A stretch of DNA of 64,000 nt from Escherichia coli O127:H6 str. E2348/69 (GTDB lineage: Bacteria > Pseudomonadota > Gammaproteobacteria > Enterobacterales > Enterobacteriaceae), in the NCBI RefSeq assembly GCF_000026545.1, contig NC_011601.1. One strand, given 5' to 3'. The notes under the pieces are model-generated. The model saw nothing but the letters and a program-made list of their open reading frames with translations. It searched no databases and had not been told where the DNA came from. Made by a program: the position numbers and the translations under genes. Numbering within the stretch: position 1 is the first letter of the stretch; each line of letters opens with the position of its first letter. Shown here piece by piece: positions 1 to 11,731 of the stretch.

Positions 1-2045
1 AGCCAGCTCTGGTGCATGGCCTGCACGTAGCCTTTTACCGTTTCGGCGCGGCTCGGCATCGCACCGTCGATCCAGACACCGAGTTCCACGGGCGTACCAC
101 GCGCGATATCGCGGCCAAAATTGGGAGGGATCTCAATCGCCACCGTGATATCGCCCACACGCATCCGACGATCAAGTTCGTCATAACTGGTGAGCGGCGG
201 CTGTTCGATAAAATAACGGGAACCGGAGAGATTGAGCGTCCACGCCTGGCTACTGACGGTCTGGTCGCGATCAAGCACCGCAAAGCGCAGATTTTCCACA
301 TCCATACTGATGCCGTAACCCATTATCAGCATCAGGATCACCGTTCCCATCAGCGCCAGCGTCGAACGTACCGGATCGCGGCGCAGTTCCAGTGCTTCGC
401 GACGGCTGTAGCTAAACAGACGTCGCAGGCTAAATCCCTGACGCGGCGCGTGGGTGGTGTCATGTACCACAGGCGGCGCTTCGGCTTCGTTGCTCTGCCC
501 TGCCGCTTCCTGCAAATAGGCGATAAATGCCTCTTCCAGACTGGCGGCTCCGCGTTTCTCAACCAGTTCCTGCGGTGTACCGCTGGCGAGCACTTTTCCG
601 GCGTGCATTAGTGAGATGCGATCGCACCGTTCCGCTTCGTTCATAAAGTGGGTGGAGATGAAAATGGTCACTTTGTCCTGGCGCGAAAGATCGACCATTA
701 ACTGCCAGAACATATCCCTCGCCACCGGATCGACGCCAGAAGTTGGCTCATCGAGGATTAACATCTCCGGGCGATGAATCACCGCCACCGCCAGCGAAAG
801 CCGCTGGCGAATGCCGAGCGGTAATGACTCCGGCAGAACATCTTCAACGTCGTTGAGCTTAAAACGCTCGCTCATTTCAGCCACTCGCGCGGGAATTTCC
901 GCTTCCGGGATGTGAAACAAACGGGCATGTAACTCCAGGTTTTGCCGCACGGTGAGCTCGTTATAGAGCGAAAACGCCTGCGACATATAGCCCACCCGAC
1001 GGCGAGTATCGATATCTTTTGGATCAACCGGTTGCCCGAACAGCCACGCCTCACCTTCGCTGGCGGGCAGCAATCCGGTAAGCATTTTCATGGTGGTGGA
1101 TTTACCACAGCCGTTCGAACCAAGAAAACCAAAAATCTCCCCGCGTGGAATGCGGAAATTGACGTGATCAACGGCAACGAAGGAACCAAAACGCATGGTC
1201 AGATCGCGCGCTTCGATGGCAATCTCTGCGTTTTCAGGTTGATACGGTGGGATCACTACCGCCTGATGCGCCTGCCGTTGTGCTTGCGGTAACAGATTTA
1301 TAAATGCTTCTTCCAGCGTGGCGCTTTGCGTTTGCTGCCGCAACTCTTCGGCGCTACCGGTTGCCAGCACTTCTCCGGCATTCATCGCTACCAGCCAGTC
1401 GAAGCGTTCCGCCTCTTCCATATAGGCGGTGGCAACCAGCACGCTCATATTGCTCTGCCGCTGGCGAATACTGTCGATCAAATCCCAGAACTGGGCGCGA
1501 GAGAGCGGGTCAACCCCCGTTGTTGGCTCATCAAGAATCAACAATTCCGGGTCGTGGATTAACGCACAGCACAGCCCAAGTTTTTGCTTCATCCCGCCGG
1601 AGAGTTTCCCTGCCGGACGATCGCGAAACGGTGCTAATCCGGTGCTGGTCAGCAGCTCATTAATTCGCACTTCCCGCTCCGCTTTGTCGTGACCGAACAG
1701 GCGGGCGAAAAAATCGACGTTTTCATACACCGACAAGGTGTGGTAGAGATTTTTGCCCAGCCCCTGCGGCATCCAGGCGATGCGCGGGCAGACGTCGCGG
1801 CGATGCTTTGGGTCGCGCATATCGCCGCCCAGCACCATCACGCCGCCCTGCTCAATGACGCGGGCACCGGAAATCAACGACAACAAGCTCGATTTACCGA
1901 CACCATCCGGTCCAATCAGCCCGACCATGCAACGGGCCGGAATATCGAGTGTGATATTGTTCAGCGCAACGGTTTTTCCATAATGCTGGCTCACGCCCGC
2001 CAGTTGCGCGACAGGCGGGACGGGAACCAGTTCCAGATGCGTCAT
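1..2045 (-). CDS. rbbA: Ribosome-associated ATPase RbbA (fused ABC ATPase/permease), N-terminal portion; gene runs past the window start
   Basis: Minus-strand reading from ATG at 2045..2043 gives [53 protein letters not shown] with a Walker A motif. Plus-strand ORFs 12..611, 942..1292 and 1689..2366 are antisense to it. Confidence 0.9.
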   Translation of the reverse strand, partial: MTHLELVPVPPVAQLAGVSQHYGKTVALNNITLDIPARCMVGLIGPDGVGKSSLLSLISGARVIEQGGVMVLGGDMRDPKHRRDVCPRIAWMPQGLGKNLYHTLSVYENVDFFARLFGHDKAEREVRINELLTSTGLAPFRDRPAGKLSGGMKQKLGLCCALIHDPELLILDEPTTGVDPLSRAQFWDLIDSIRQRQSNMSVLVATAYMEEAERFDWLVAMNAGEVLATGSAEELRQQTQSATLEEAFINLLPQAQRQAHQAVVIPPYQPENAEIAIEARDLTMRFGSFVAVDHVNFRIPRGEIFGFLGSNGCGKSTTMKMLTGLLPASEGEAWLFGQPVDPKDIDTRRRVGYMSQAFSLYNELTVRQNLELHARLFHIPEAEIPARVAEMSERFKLNDVEDVLPESLPLGIRQRLSLAVAVIHRPEMLILDEPTSGVDPVARDMFWQLMVDLSRQDKVTIFISTHFMNEAERCDRISLMHAGKVLASGTPQELVEKRGAASLEEAFIAYLQEAAGQSNEAEAPPVVHDTTHAPRQGFSLRRLFSYSRREALELRRDPVRSTLALMGTVILMLIMGYGISMDVENLRFAVLDRDQTVSSQAWTLNLSGSRYFIEQPPLTSYDELDRRMRVGDITVAIEIPPNFGRDIARGTPVELGVWIDGAMPSRAETVKGYVQAMHQSW

Positions 2046-3109
2046 TGCGGCAACCTCACCACCAGGTCGTCAGGCCACGGAAGTTCTTCATTCACCCGCA
2101 CCCACGCTACGCCCGGCAATCCGGTTTTGACATATTCCAGATGCTGCTGGAGTAATTCCGGTGGGATACGCGCTTTGACACGGAACATCAATTTCAGCCG
2201 TTCATCGCTGGTTTCGACGGTTTTTGGCGTGAACTGGGCGACGCTGGCGACAAAACTGATGGTCGCGGGAATACGCAGATCTGGCGCGGCATCGAGGATC
2301 AGCCGTGCTTCACCGCCCAGTTTCAGCGTGCCCGCCTGTTCGGTTGGCAGAAAGAAAGTCATATAGACGTCGCTGAGATCGACCATATTCAGCACCCGAC
2401 CGCCTGCTGCCAGCACTTCGCCTGGCTCGGCAACCCGATACTGCACGCGTCCGTCACGCGGGGCTTTCAGTTCGCTGTCATCGATATCTGCGGCAATGCG
2501 CCGTTCAGTGGCTTGTGCCGCTTCGACGCGAGTTTGCGCCTGAATGATATTGGTGCGTGCCGCCTCTATAGCGGCTTTAGAAGCAGAAACCTGAGCTTTT
2601 GCCGATTCCAGCGCAGCTCGGGCGCTCTCAGCGGCGGCGCGGTCGTCATCCAGCTGTTGCGCAGAAATTGCCCCCCGTTGTGCCAGTGAGCGGGAACGCG
2701 TATGACGTTTTGCTACGGAGTCCAGTTCTGCCTGGCGTTGATTAACCAGCGACTGTGCGGCACGAGTTTCGCTTTGGCGTTGCTCCAGCAAAGCCTGCGC
2801 GGCGGCAACGGCACTTTGTGCTTCTTTGATTTGCGCGATGGCTTCCAGTCGCTGTTCCTGCAACACGCGAGTATCCATCTTCGCCAGCACTTCACCTTCT
2901 CGAACAAACTGGCCTTCTTTCACCAGAATGGTGTCGATACGCCCGGCAATTTTGCTGGCGATATCCACTTCCGTCGCTTCAATGCGCCCATTGCTGACAG
3001 CAAAGCCTTCCGGCACACCCGCCGGGCGCAACAGCCACCACGCCACGACGGCAGCCACCGCCAGTGCCCCGACACCCCACCACGCCAGATGGCGCTTACT
3101 CTTATCCAT
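2042..3109 (-). CDS. yhiI: HlyD-family membrane fusion protein (efflux adaptor) YhiI
   Basis: 355-aa ORF with N-terminal membrane anchor, long coiled-coil and beta-barrel regions typical of HlyD/EmrA adaptors. Its stop overlaps the rbbA start (ATGA). Confidence 0.9.
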   Translation of the reverse strand: MDKSKRHLAWWGVGALAVAAVVAWWLLRPAGVPEGFAVSNGRIEATEVDIASKIAGRIDTILVKEGQFVREGEVLAKMDTRVLQEQRLEAIAQIKEAQSAVAAAQALLEQRQSETRAAQSLVNQRQAELDSVAKRHTRSRSLAQRGAISAQQLDDDRAAAESARAALESAKAQVSASKAAIEAARTNIIQAQTRVEAAQATERRIAADIDDSELKAPRDGRVQYRVAEPGEVLAAGGRVLNMVDLSDVYMTFFLPTEQAGTLKLGGEARLILDAAPDLRIPATISFVASVAQFTPKTVETSDERLKLMFRVKARIPPELLQQHLEYVKTGLPGVAWVRVNEELPWPDDLVVRLPQ

Positions 3110-3842
3110 AATCGATCCGCCATAATCCCTGTAAGCAATCGACGCGTGTTACAACTGCCACCGAACGATGTTCAGCGGATTCTTCCATCCGGGATAAGAA
3201 GGAAATGGCAAATACGACCAGCGCACAGAGCATTGAGCGCCAATGGGGAAGGCTTAGTGAAAACGGGTAGTAATGTTGTCATCATCAGCATTCCTGGCCG
3301 TAAATGAAACACGCATACTCATAAGTGAAATCAATTAAATACTAACATTTATATTCATGTTGTCTATTTGATTGCCATCAACTTGTGATACATCGCGATG
3401 TTCTTCCGTTCGCTGGTGTTTTTTCCAAAAATATTCTGTACAGGTTCACAGATTCTGTTGCACAGGTTTCCGTAACAGGGAAACCTGATGACTATCACAT
3501 AGCGTTATTATCGCCTGATGTGCGAATAAATACCGAATATAAAATAATTTATTCTGAAAAGATGATAGATGATAAAGGCTCGTGGGTTTAATAAAATATT
3601 CCCTAAAAGACTCATTTAAAACAACAAAATAAGATAAAGATATTAATTCAGAGTTTATCTTAGGATAAATATTTATTTAATAGCATTAACTCACCGCTAA
3701 AAGTTGATCCCCATAACGCTAAATCCGATTATAGTGAAGTTACTTTTTTTAATTGATGGCATCTTATAGACATATTTAACTAACTGAAAAGACGAATCAT
3801 ATGTTTTTCGAAGTGTAGCAGAAAATATATATGGGGTTTAAA

Positions 3843-4895
3843 ATGAATATATATATCGGATGGTTGTTTAAATTAATTCCTTTACTGATGGGTATAATAT
3901 GCATCGCATTAGGTGAGTTTGTATTAACCGGTTCAGGGCAAAGTGAATATTTCGTTGCAGGGCATGTTCTGATTTCTCTTTCTGCGATATGTCTGGCATT
4001 GTTCACTACCGCATTTATTATTATATCTCAGTTAACTCACGGCATGAATAAATTCTACAACAGGTTATTTCCCGTTATTGGTTATGCCGGTTCTGCTACA
4101 ACTATGATTTGGGGATGGTCACTGTTGGCAAGCAATAATGTGATGGCAGATGAATTTGTCGCCGGTCATGTTATTTTCGGCGTTGGCATGATTGCCGCTT
4201 GTGTATCAACCGTAGCGGCATCTTCCGGACATTTTCTGTTGATCCCCAAAAACGCCTCGGGCAGTAAGAGTGACGGTACGCCATTGCAGGCCTATTCTTC
4301 AACAATCGGTAATTGCTTAATTGCCGTTCCCGTTCTGCTTACTCTCTTTGGTTTCATTTGGTCAGTCATACTGTTACGTAGTGCAGATATCACACCACAT
4401 TATGTTGCAGGTCACGTACTAATGGGGTTAACGGCAATTTGCGCTTGTCTTATTGGCCTTGTCGCCACTATTGTCCATCAAACGCGGAATACGTTCTCAG
4501 TGAAAGAACATTGGCTGTGGTGCTATTGGGTTATTTTGCTTGGCTCACTTACCATTATTTTTGGTATCTACGTATTAATCAGTTCAGATGCAAGCGCCCG
4601 CCTGGCCCCCGGCATTATTCTCATTTGCCTGGGGATGATCTGCTACAGTATTTTCTCCAAAGTGTGGTTGTTAGCGCTGGTATGGCGACGCACATGTTCG
4701 TTAGCCAACAGAATACCCATGATTCCGGTATTTACCTGTCTGTTTTGTCTGTTCCTTGCTGCGTTCCTGGCTGAAATTGCGCAAACCGATATGGCTTACT
4801 TTATTCCTTCGCGAGTTCTGGTTGGCTTAGGTGCAGTTTGTTTTACACTGTTTTCCATCGTTTCTATATTAGAAGCGGGTTCAGCGAAAAAATAA
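3843..4895 (+). CDS. yhiM: Inner-membrane protein YhiM (acid-resistance associated)
   Basis: Polytopic membrane ORF with repeated FVAGHV/YVAGHV motifs. Start chosen at the second in-frame ATG (MNIYIGW), giving 350 aa; the ORF track begins 12 nt earlier. Confidence 0.8.
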   Translation: MNIYIGWLFKLIPLLMGIICIALGEFVLTGSGQSEYFVAGHVLISLSAICLALFTTAFIIISQLTHGMNKFYNRLFPVIGYAGSATTMIWGWSLLASNNVMADEFVAGHVIFGVGMIAACVSTVAASSGHFLLIPKNASGSKSDGTPLQAYSSTIGNCLIAVPVLLTLFGFIWSVILLRSADITPHYVAGHVLMGLTAICACLIGLVATIVHQTRNTFSVKEHWLWCYWVILLGSLTIIFGIYVLISSDASARLAPGIILICLGMICYSIFSKVWLLALVWRRTCSLANRIPMIPVFTCLFCLFLAAFLAEIAQTDMAYFIPSRVLVGLGAVCFTLFSIVSILEAGSAKK

Positions 4896-4910
4896 TAAAA
4901 AAGGCTTCAG

Positions 4911-4931
4911 ATAAGGCGTTGGGCGCCTTAT
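4911..4931. terminator. Hairpin between convergent yhiM and yhiN
   Basis: Inverted repeat ataaggcg-ttgg-gcgccttat. Confidence 0.5.
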
Positions 4932-4981
4932 CTGGTTTTATTCAGGTTAATCCCTCCGGTATCGAGAGCGCATTTTGCTTC

Positions 4982-6175
4982 TTATTCTGCCACCAAATCC
5001 TGCGCACAAGCCCACGCACTCGACCACGCCCACTGGAAATTATAGCCCCCCAGCCAACCGGTGACGTCCATCACTTCGCCGATGAAGTACAGCCCAGGCA
5101 CTTTGCGCGCTTCCATCGTCCGTGAAGAGAGTTCGTTGGTGTCCACGCCGCCGAGCGTCACTTCAGCAGTACGATAGCCTTCAGTGCCGTTGGGTTGTAC
5201 GCGCCAGTCGGTCAATGTGCTAATCAGTGCCTGTTGGTCACGCACGTTGAGCTGTTTTAGCGAAACATCCGGGATTTGCCCGAGTTGCTGTAAACGTTCA
5301 ACCAACCGCTTCGGTAGATGAACCGCCAGTGTGTTTTTCAGGCTCTGATTCGGATGTGCATTACGCTGCTCATTCAGGAAGGTTTCGAGGTCCACATCCG
5401 GTAGCAGATTGATGCTGACAAATTCACCCGGTTGCCAGTAGCTGGAAATCTGCAACACCGCCGGTCCAGATAAGCCGCGGTGGGTGAAGAGTAAGTTCTC
5501 ACGGAAAACGGTACCGTTTTCAGCGGTAATCACGGAAGGCACCGCCACGCCCGCCAGCACCTGTAACTCTTCAAGCAACGGTTTATGCAGAGTGAATGGC
5601 ACCAGACCCGCACGGGTCGGCAGCACGTTGAGGCCAAATTGTTCGGCAATCTTATAACCAAACGGCGATGCGCCCAGCCCCGGCATTGACAGTCCACCGG
5701 TCGCGATGACCAGCTTTTCGCAACCGACAGTCATGCCGTTCAGTTCAAGCGTGAAGCCTGTATCATCCTTCGCCACGCTCAGCACTTCGCTACGCAATCT
5801 GAAGGCCACATTGCCCTTCTCGCACTCATCCACCAGCATGTCGACAATCTGCTGCGCGGAGTCATCGCAGAAGAGTTGCCCTAACGTTTTCTCGTGCCAG
5901 GCGATGCCGTGTTTATTGACCAGATCAATGAAATCCCACTGGGTAAAACGCGCGAGTGCAGACTTACAAAAATGCGGATTCTGGCTCAGATAAGCGCCCG
6001 GTTCGACATAAAGGTTGGTAAAGTTGCAGCGCCCACCGCCAGACATGAGGATTTTACGCCCTGGTTTTTTACCATTATCGATCAGCAGAACCCGGCGTCC
6101 TGCCTGACCTGCCAGCGCAGAACAGAACATCCCTGCCGCACCAGCGCCTATAATAATGGCATCAAACCTTTCCAC
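4982..6175 (-). CDS. yhiN: FAD-dependent oxidoreductase YhiN (HI0933 family)
   Basis: 397-aa ORF with N-terminal dinucleotide-binding motif IIGAGAAG. Confidence 0.9.
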   Translation of the reverse strand: MERFDAIIIGAGAAGMFCSALAGQAGRRVLLIDNGKKPGRKILMSGGGRCNFTNLYVEPGAYLSQNPHFCKSALARFTQWDFIDLVNKHGIAWHEKTLGQLFCDDSAQQIVDMLVDECEKGNVAFRLRSEVLSVAKDDTGFTLELNGMTVGCEKLVIATGGLSMPGLGASPFGYKIAEQFGLNVLPTRAGLVPFTLHKPLLEELQVLAGVAVPSVITAENGTVFRENLLFTHRGLSGPAVLQISSYWQPGEFVSINLLPDVDLETFLNEQRNAHPNQSLKNTLAVHLPKRLVERLQQLGQIPDVSLKQLNVRDQQALISTLTDWRVQPNGTEGYRTAEVTLGGVDTNELSSRTMEARKVPGLYFIGEVMDVTGWLGGYNFQWAWSSAWACAQDLVAE

Positions 6176-6406
6176 GTTGCGCTCCTCTAAGAAAAAACGG
6201 GCGTGAATTGTAAAGATTCCTCAGTAGTCGCACCAGCATCAATATTACTAAAAGGAAGTATTTGCCTGAATTATATAAGATAATTATTTTTTGAGTGGAA
6301 TCCATACAGGAGGCAAATCAAAAAAAGTCTATATTTCACTTTGCCCGCGCCGCGAAAGTCACTGATAATGCGCCGCGTTCATGTCCTCAAAATGGCGTAA
6401 CGTCCT

Positions 6407-7906
6407 ATGCTACATTTGTTTGCTGGCCTGGATTTGCATACCGGGCTGTTATTATTGCTTGCACTGGCTTTTGTGCTGTTCTACGAAGCCATCAATGGTT
6501 TCCATGACACAGCCAACGCCGTGGCAACCGTTATCTATACCCGCGCGATGCGTTCTCAGCTCGCCGTGGTTATGGCGGCGGTATTCAACTTTTTGGGTGT
6601 TTTGCTGGGTGGTCTGAGTGTTGCCTATGCCATTGTGCATATGCTGCCGACGGATCTGCTGCTTAATATGGGATCGTCTCATGGCCTTGCCATGGTGTTC
6701 TCTATGTTGCTGGCGGCGATTATCTGGAACCTGGGTACCTGGTACTTTGGTTTACCTGCATCCAGCTCTCATACGCTGATTGGCGCGATCATCGGGATTG
6801 GTTTAACCAATGCGTTGATGACCGGGACGTCAGTGGTGGATGCACTCAATATCCCGAAAGTATTAAGTATTTTCGGTTCTCTGATCGTTTCCCCTATTGT
6901 CGGCCTGGTGTTTGCTGGCGGTCTGATTTTCTTGCTGCGTCGCTACTGGAGCGGCACCAAGAAACGCGCCCGTATCCACCTGACCCCAGCGGAGCGTGAA
7001 AAGAAAGACGGCAAGAAAAAGCCGCCGTTCTGGACGCGTATTGCGCTGATCCTTTCCGCTATCGGCGTGGCGTTTTCGCATGGCGCGAACGATGGTCAGA
7101 AAGGCATTGGTCTGGTTATGTTGGTATTGATTGGTGTCGCACCAGCAGGCTTCGTGGTGAACATGAATGCCACTGGCTACGAAATCACCCGTACCCGTGA
7201 TGCCATCAACAACGTCGAAGCTTACTTTGAGCAGCATCCTGCGCTGCTGAAACAAGCGACCGGTGCTGATCAGTTAGTACCGGCTCCGGAAGCTGGCGCA
7301 ACGCAACCCGCGGAGTTCCATTGCCATCCGTCGAATACCATTAACGCGCTCAACCGCCTGAAAGGCATGTTGACTACCGATGTGGAAAGCTACGACAAGC
7401 TGTCGCTTGATCAACGTAGCCAGATGCGCCGCATTATGCTGTGCGTTTCTGACACTATCGACAAAGTGGTGAAGATGCCTGGCGTGAGTGCTGACGATCA
7501 GCGCCTGTTGAAGAAACTGAAGTCCGACATGCTTAGCACCATCGAGTATGCGCCGGTGTGGATCATCATGGCGGTCGCGCTGGCGTTAGGTATCGGTACG
7601 ATGATTGGCTGGCGTCGTGTGGCAACGACTATCGGTGAGAAAATCGGTAAGAAAGGCATGACCTACGCTCAGGGGATGTCTGCCCAGATGACGGCGGCAG
7701 TGTCTATCGGCCTGGCAAGTTATACCGGGATGCCGGTTTCCACTACTCACGTACTCTCCTCTTCTGTCGCGGGGACGATGGTGGTAGATGGCGGCGGCTT
7801 ACAGCGTAAAACCGTAACCAGTATTCTGATGGCCTGGGTATTTACCCTTCCGGCTGCGGTACTGCTTTCCGGCGGGCTGTACTGGCTCTCCTTGCAGTTC
7901 CTGTAA
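6407..7906 (+). CDS. pitA: Low-affinity inorganic phosphate transporter PitA
   Basis: 499-aa polytopic ORF with PiT-family motifs ([23 protein letters not shown]). Confidence 0.95.
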
Positions 7907-7923
7907 TCGTACGCACCAAAACG

Positions 7924-7953
7924 AGCGGGTCAGTTTACTGGCCCGCTTTTTTT
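7924..7953 (+). terminator. Rho-independent terminator after pitA
   Basis: agcgggtcag-tttactg-gcccgct hairpin followed by a T-run. Confidence 0.7.
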
Positions 7954-7976
7954 ATGCGTCATTATTGCTGAAGTGC

Positions 7977-8312
7977 TTAATGCCAAATCATCAATGCAAT
8001 CAGGCTGACCACCACCAGACCACACAATGCGCTGGTCAGAATAAACTGCCGACGCACCCGCTCACAGCGGCGAATAAACTCATCATCGTGATGATCGCGA
8101 TAACGTTGGGCATAGATATACCAAACGAGACGCACCTGTTTGTTGGGTTGGCCATGTGAGGTAAAAAAGCCCCCTCCATCAACATATTGATAGAGCAATG
8201 GATCGCAGTTACGCAGTACCACTAACAACGCGCGTAGTGATGAGAAATAGCGCGCCATGTTAACAATGCAAACGACACATAAAGCCCAAAATAATGCGAC
8301 GGTGCTTATCAT
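7977..8312 (-). CDS. uspB: Universal stress protein B
   Basis: 111-aa two-TM ORF ([50 protein letters not shown]...) divergent from uspA. Confidence 0.95.
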
Positions 8313-8702
8313 ACCTCCTCCCCGGCGACCTGCCCGCGGAGTTCCACCCCGGGGCTACCGCTCCCGATACGCTGCCAATCAGTTAACACCAGGTCCTGGA
8401 GAAACCGCTTTTGTGGTGACCAACATCCGAGCGGCTCTATAGATAGTGTAGGAGATCAGGTTGTTTTTTTTCCAGAAGGTTAACCACTATCAATATATTC
8501 ATGTCGAAAATTTGTTTATCTAACGAGTAAGCAAGGCGGATTGACGGATCATCCGGGTCGCTATAAGGTAAGGATGGTCTTAACACTGAATCTTTACGGC
8601 TGGGTTAGCCCCGCGCACGTAGTTCGCAGGACGCGGGTGACGTAACGGCACAAGAAACGCTAGCTGGCCAGTCATCGACAACTTTATGGAAGGAGTAACA
8701 CT

Positions 8703-9137
8703 ATGGCTTATAAACACATTCTCATCGCGGTCGACCTCTCCCCGGAAAGCAAAGTTCTGGTAGAGAAAGCAGTCTCTATGGCTCGCCCCTACAATGCGAA
8801 AGTTTCTCTGATCCACGTAGATGTAAACTACTCTGACCTATACACCGGGCTTATCGATGTGAATCTGGGTGATATGCAGAAACGCATCTCTGAAGAGACA
8901 CATCATGCACTGACCGAGCTTTCAACCAATGCAGGCTACCCAATCACTGAAACCCTGAGCGGCAGCGGCGATCTGGGCCAGGTACTGGTCGATGCAATCA
9001 AGAAATACGATATGGATCTGGTGGTTTGTGGTCACCACCAGGACTTCTGGAGCAAACTGATGTCTTCCGCACGTCAGCTGATCAACACCGTTCACGTTGA
9101 TATGCTGATTGTTCCGCTGCGCGACGAAGAAGAATAA
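8703..9137 (+). CDS. uspA: Universal stress protein A
   Basis: 144-aa [46 protein letters not shown]... Confidence 0.95.
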
Positions 9138-9162
9138 TCTTCCCTCCACGACGTGTTCCTGA

Positions 9163-9191
9163 ACGCCCGCATATGCGGGCGTTTTGCTTTT
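9163..9191 (+). terminator. Rho-independent terminator after uspA
   Basis: acgcccgcatatgcgggcgt hairpin followed by ttttgcttttt. Confidence 0.75.
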
Positions 9192-9453
9192 TGGCGCGCC
9201 TTGTTACCTGATGCAGCGTAAACGCCTTATCTGGCCTGCGGTCTGCGTACGCAATCAAAACCCCTGCCAATACAACATTTAACACCATTATATTTTCTAT
9301 CATTAGTGTGATCAGCTGGTTATTTTCTGTTGTAATAGTGTATTAATCTATTCGCCGCATCAATATTAAGAATCTCTGACAGATGTAAACTTTTTCGCGC
9401 GTTATCCCTTACGCGTTCATACTTTTCAGGATGGTATTGGAAGGTTAATAAAT

Positions 9454-10923
9454 ATGAATACAACAACACCCATGGGGATGCTGCAGCAACCTCGCCCATT
9501 TTTCATGATCTTTTTTGTCGAGTTATGGGAGCGATTCGGCTACTACGGCGTGCAGGGCGTACTGGCGGTTTTCTTCGTTAAACAGCTTGGGTTCTCGCAA
9601 GAGCAGGCTTTTGTCACTTTTGGTGCTTTTGCTGCGCTGGTCTATGGCCTCATTTCCATTGGTGGCTATGTTGGCGACCACCTGCTGGGAACCAAACGCA
9701 CCATTGTTCTCGGAGCACTTGTGCTGGCGATTGGCTACTTCATGACCGGCCTGTCGCTACTTAAGCCTGACCTGATTTTCATCGCCCTGGGGACTATCGC
9801 TGTCGGTAACGGCCTGTTTAAAGCTAACCCAGCCAGCTTGCTTTCGAAGTGCTATCCGCCGAAAGATCCGCGGCTTGATGGCGCATTTACCCTGTTCTAT
9901 ATGTCGATCAACATCGGCTCGTTGATAGCGTTATCGCTGGCCCCTGTGATCGCTGATAAATTCGGCTATTCAGTCACCTACAACCTGTGCGGTGCGGGAT
10001 TAATTATCGCGCTATTGGTTTACATCGCCTGTCGCGGAATGGTGAAAGATATTGGTTCTGAACCCGACTTCTGCCCGATGAGCTTCAGTAAACTGTTGTA
10101 CGTGTTACTTGGCAGCGTGGTGATGATCTTCGTCTGTGCATGGCTGATGCACAACGTAGAAGTCGCCAATCTGGTGCTGATTGTTCTCTCCATCGTCGTC
10201 ACCATCATTTTCTTTCGTCAGGCATTCAAGCTGGATAAAACCGGGCGCAATAAAATGTTTGTCGCCTTTGTCCTGATGCTCGAAGCGGTGGTGTTTTACA
10301 TTCTCTACGCCCAGATGCCAACGTCGCTGAACTTCTTTGCCATCAACAACGTGCATCATGAAATTCTCGGCTTTTCCATCAACCCGGTCAGCTTCCAGGC
10401 GCTTAACCCGTTCTGGGTGGTACTCGCCAGCCCAATACTGGCAGGCATTTACACGCATCTGGGTAACAAAGGCAAAGATCTCTCGATGCCGATGAAGTTT
10501 ACTCTCGGCATGTTTATGTGCTCACTGGGCTTTTTGACGGCTGCAGCGGCTGGAATGTGGTTTGCGGATGCCCAGGGGCTGACATCGCCATGGTTTATCG
10601 TGCTGGTGTACTTATTCCAGAGCTTAGGTGAACTGTTTATTAGCGCCCTTGGCCTGGCGATGATTGCTGCCCTGGTGCCGCAGCATTTGATGGGCTTTAT
10701 TCTCGGGATGTGGTTCCTGACGCAGGCTGCCGCGTTCTTGCTGGGCGGCTATGTGGCAACATTTACCGCAGTACCAGACAACATTACCGATCCACTTGAG
10801 ACGTTGCCCGTCTATACCAACGTGTTTGGTAAGATTGGCCTGGTTACGCTGGGCGTTGCGGTGGTGATGCTGCTGATGGTGCCGTGGCTGAAACGAATGA
10901 TTGCGACGCCCGAAAGCCATTAA
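9454..10923 (+). CDS. dtpB: Proton-dependent di/tripeptide permease DtpB (POT family)
   Basis: 489-aa MFS-type ORF with the POT signature region [26 protein letters not shown]. Confidence 0.93.
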   Translation: MNTTTPMGMLQQPRPFFMIFFVELWERFGYYGVQGVLAVFFVKQLGFSQEQAFVTFGAFAALVYGLISIGGYVGDHLLGTKRTIVLGALVLAIGYFMTGLSLLKPDLIFIALGTIAVGNGLFKANPASLLSKCYPPKDPRLDGAFTLFYMSINIGSLIALSLAPVIADKFGYSVTYNLCGAGLIIALLVYIACRGMVKDIGSEPDFCPMSFSKLLYVLLGSVVMIFVCAWLMHNVEVANLVLIVLSIVVTIIFFRQAFKLDKTGRNKMFVAFVLMLEAVVFYILYAQMPTSLNFFAINNVHHEILGFSINPVSFQALNPFWVVLASPILAGIYTHLGNKGKDLSMPMKFTLGMFMCSLGFLTAAAAGMWFADAQGLTSPWFIVLVYLFQSLGELFISALGLAMIAALVPQHLMGFILGMWFLTQAAAFLLGGYVATFTAVPDNITDPLETLPVYTNVFGKIGLVTLGVAVVMLLMVPWLKRMIATPESH

Positions 10924-10938
10924 TTATTCTTGCAGAAA

Positions 10939-10964
10939 GCAGGGTAGCGATAACGCTACCCTGC
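10939..10964. terminator. Bidirectional hairpin between dtpB and rsmJ
   Basis: gcagggtagcg-ataa-cgctaccctgc perfect inverted repeat. Confidence 0.6.
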
Positions 10965-10971
10965 TTTACTT

Positions 10972-11724
10972 TTACACCGGCGTTCCGGCATAAATATCAA
11001 AGCGATGCCCTTTGGTCACTACCGCGTTTGGCGTGGCGACATTCGCCAGCGGCGGCGCGTAGTTCGGGCGCTTTACCACAACGCGTTTGGTCGCCAGCAA
11101 GCGTGCAGGCTCCAGTAATCCATCGGCATCAAGATCCGGCCCCACCAGCGACTGAAACACGCGCATCTCTTTTTTCACCAGCGCGCTTTTCTGCTTATGC
11201 GGGAACATTGGGTCAAGATAAACTACCTGCGGACGCGGGGTGATATCGCTCAGCGCCGTCAGGCTGGAAGCGTGAATTAACTGCAACCGCTCCTGCAACC
11301 AGCCGCCGATTTCCGCATCCGCATAACCACGCGCCAGGCCGTCGTCGAGCAATGCGGCAACGACTGGATTACGCTCCAGCATCCGCACGCGGCAGCCGGC
11401 TGAAGCCAGCACAAAGGCATCGCGCCCCAGCCCTGCGGTGGCGTCCACCACATCCGGCAAATAATCGCCTTTAATGCCCACCGCTTTCGCCACCGCCTCT
11501 CCGCGACCACCGCCGAATTTGCGTCGGTGCGCCATCGCCCCGCCAACAAAATCAACAAAGATGCCGCCAAGTTTCGGCTCATCACGCTTGCGCAGTTCCA
11601 GATGCTCCGGCGTTAACACCAGCGCCATCAGGTTGTCTTCATCGTGTTCCAGCCCCCAGCGGGCCGCCAGAACAGATAAGGCGCCGTCTCCGGCGCCTGT
11701 TTCATCAATTAAGCAGATTTTCAC
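10972..11724 (-). CDS. rsmJ: 16S rRNA m2G1516 methyltransferase RsmJ
   Basis: Start taken at [24 protein letters not shown] (250 aa); the ORF track extends 35 codons upstream into the prlC 3' end. Confidence 0.88.
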
Positions 11725-11731
11725 TGAATGT

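Noticed and set aside
12-2366. Plus-strand ORFs 12..611, 942..1292, 1304..1663 and 1689..2366
   Set aside because: All antisense to rbbA, whose minus-strand translation has clear ABC ATPase motifs; none has a credible start context.
3385-3591. 68-aa ORF in the yhiI–yhiM spacer
   Set aside because: AT-rich, no SD, no recognisable protein features; most likely a chance ORF in a promoter region.
9195-9250. Possible REP element between uspA and dtpB
   Set aside because: Only partial resemblance to the REP consensus (gcgtaaacgccttatctggcctgcg); too weak to call as a repeat feature.
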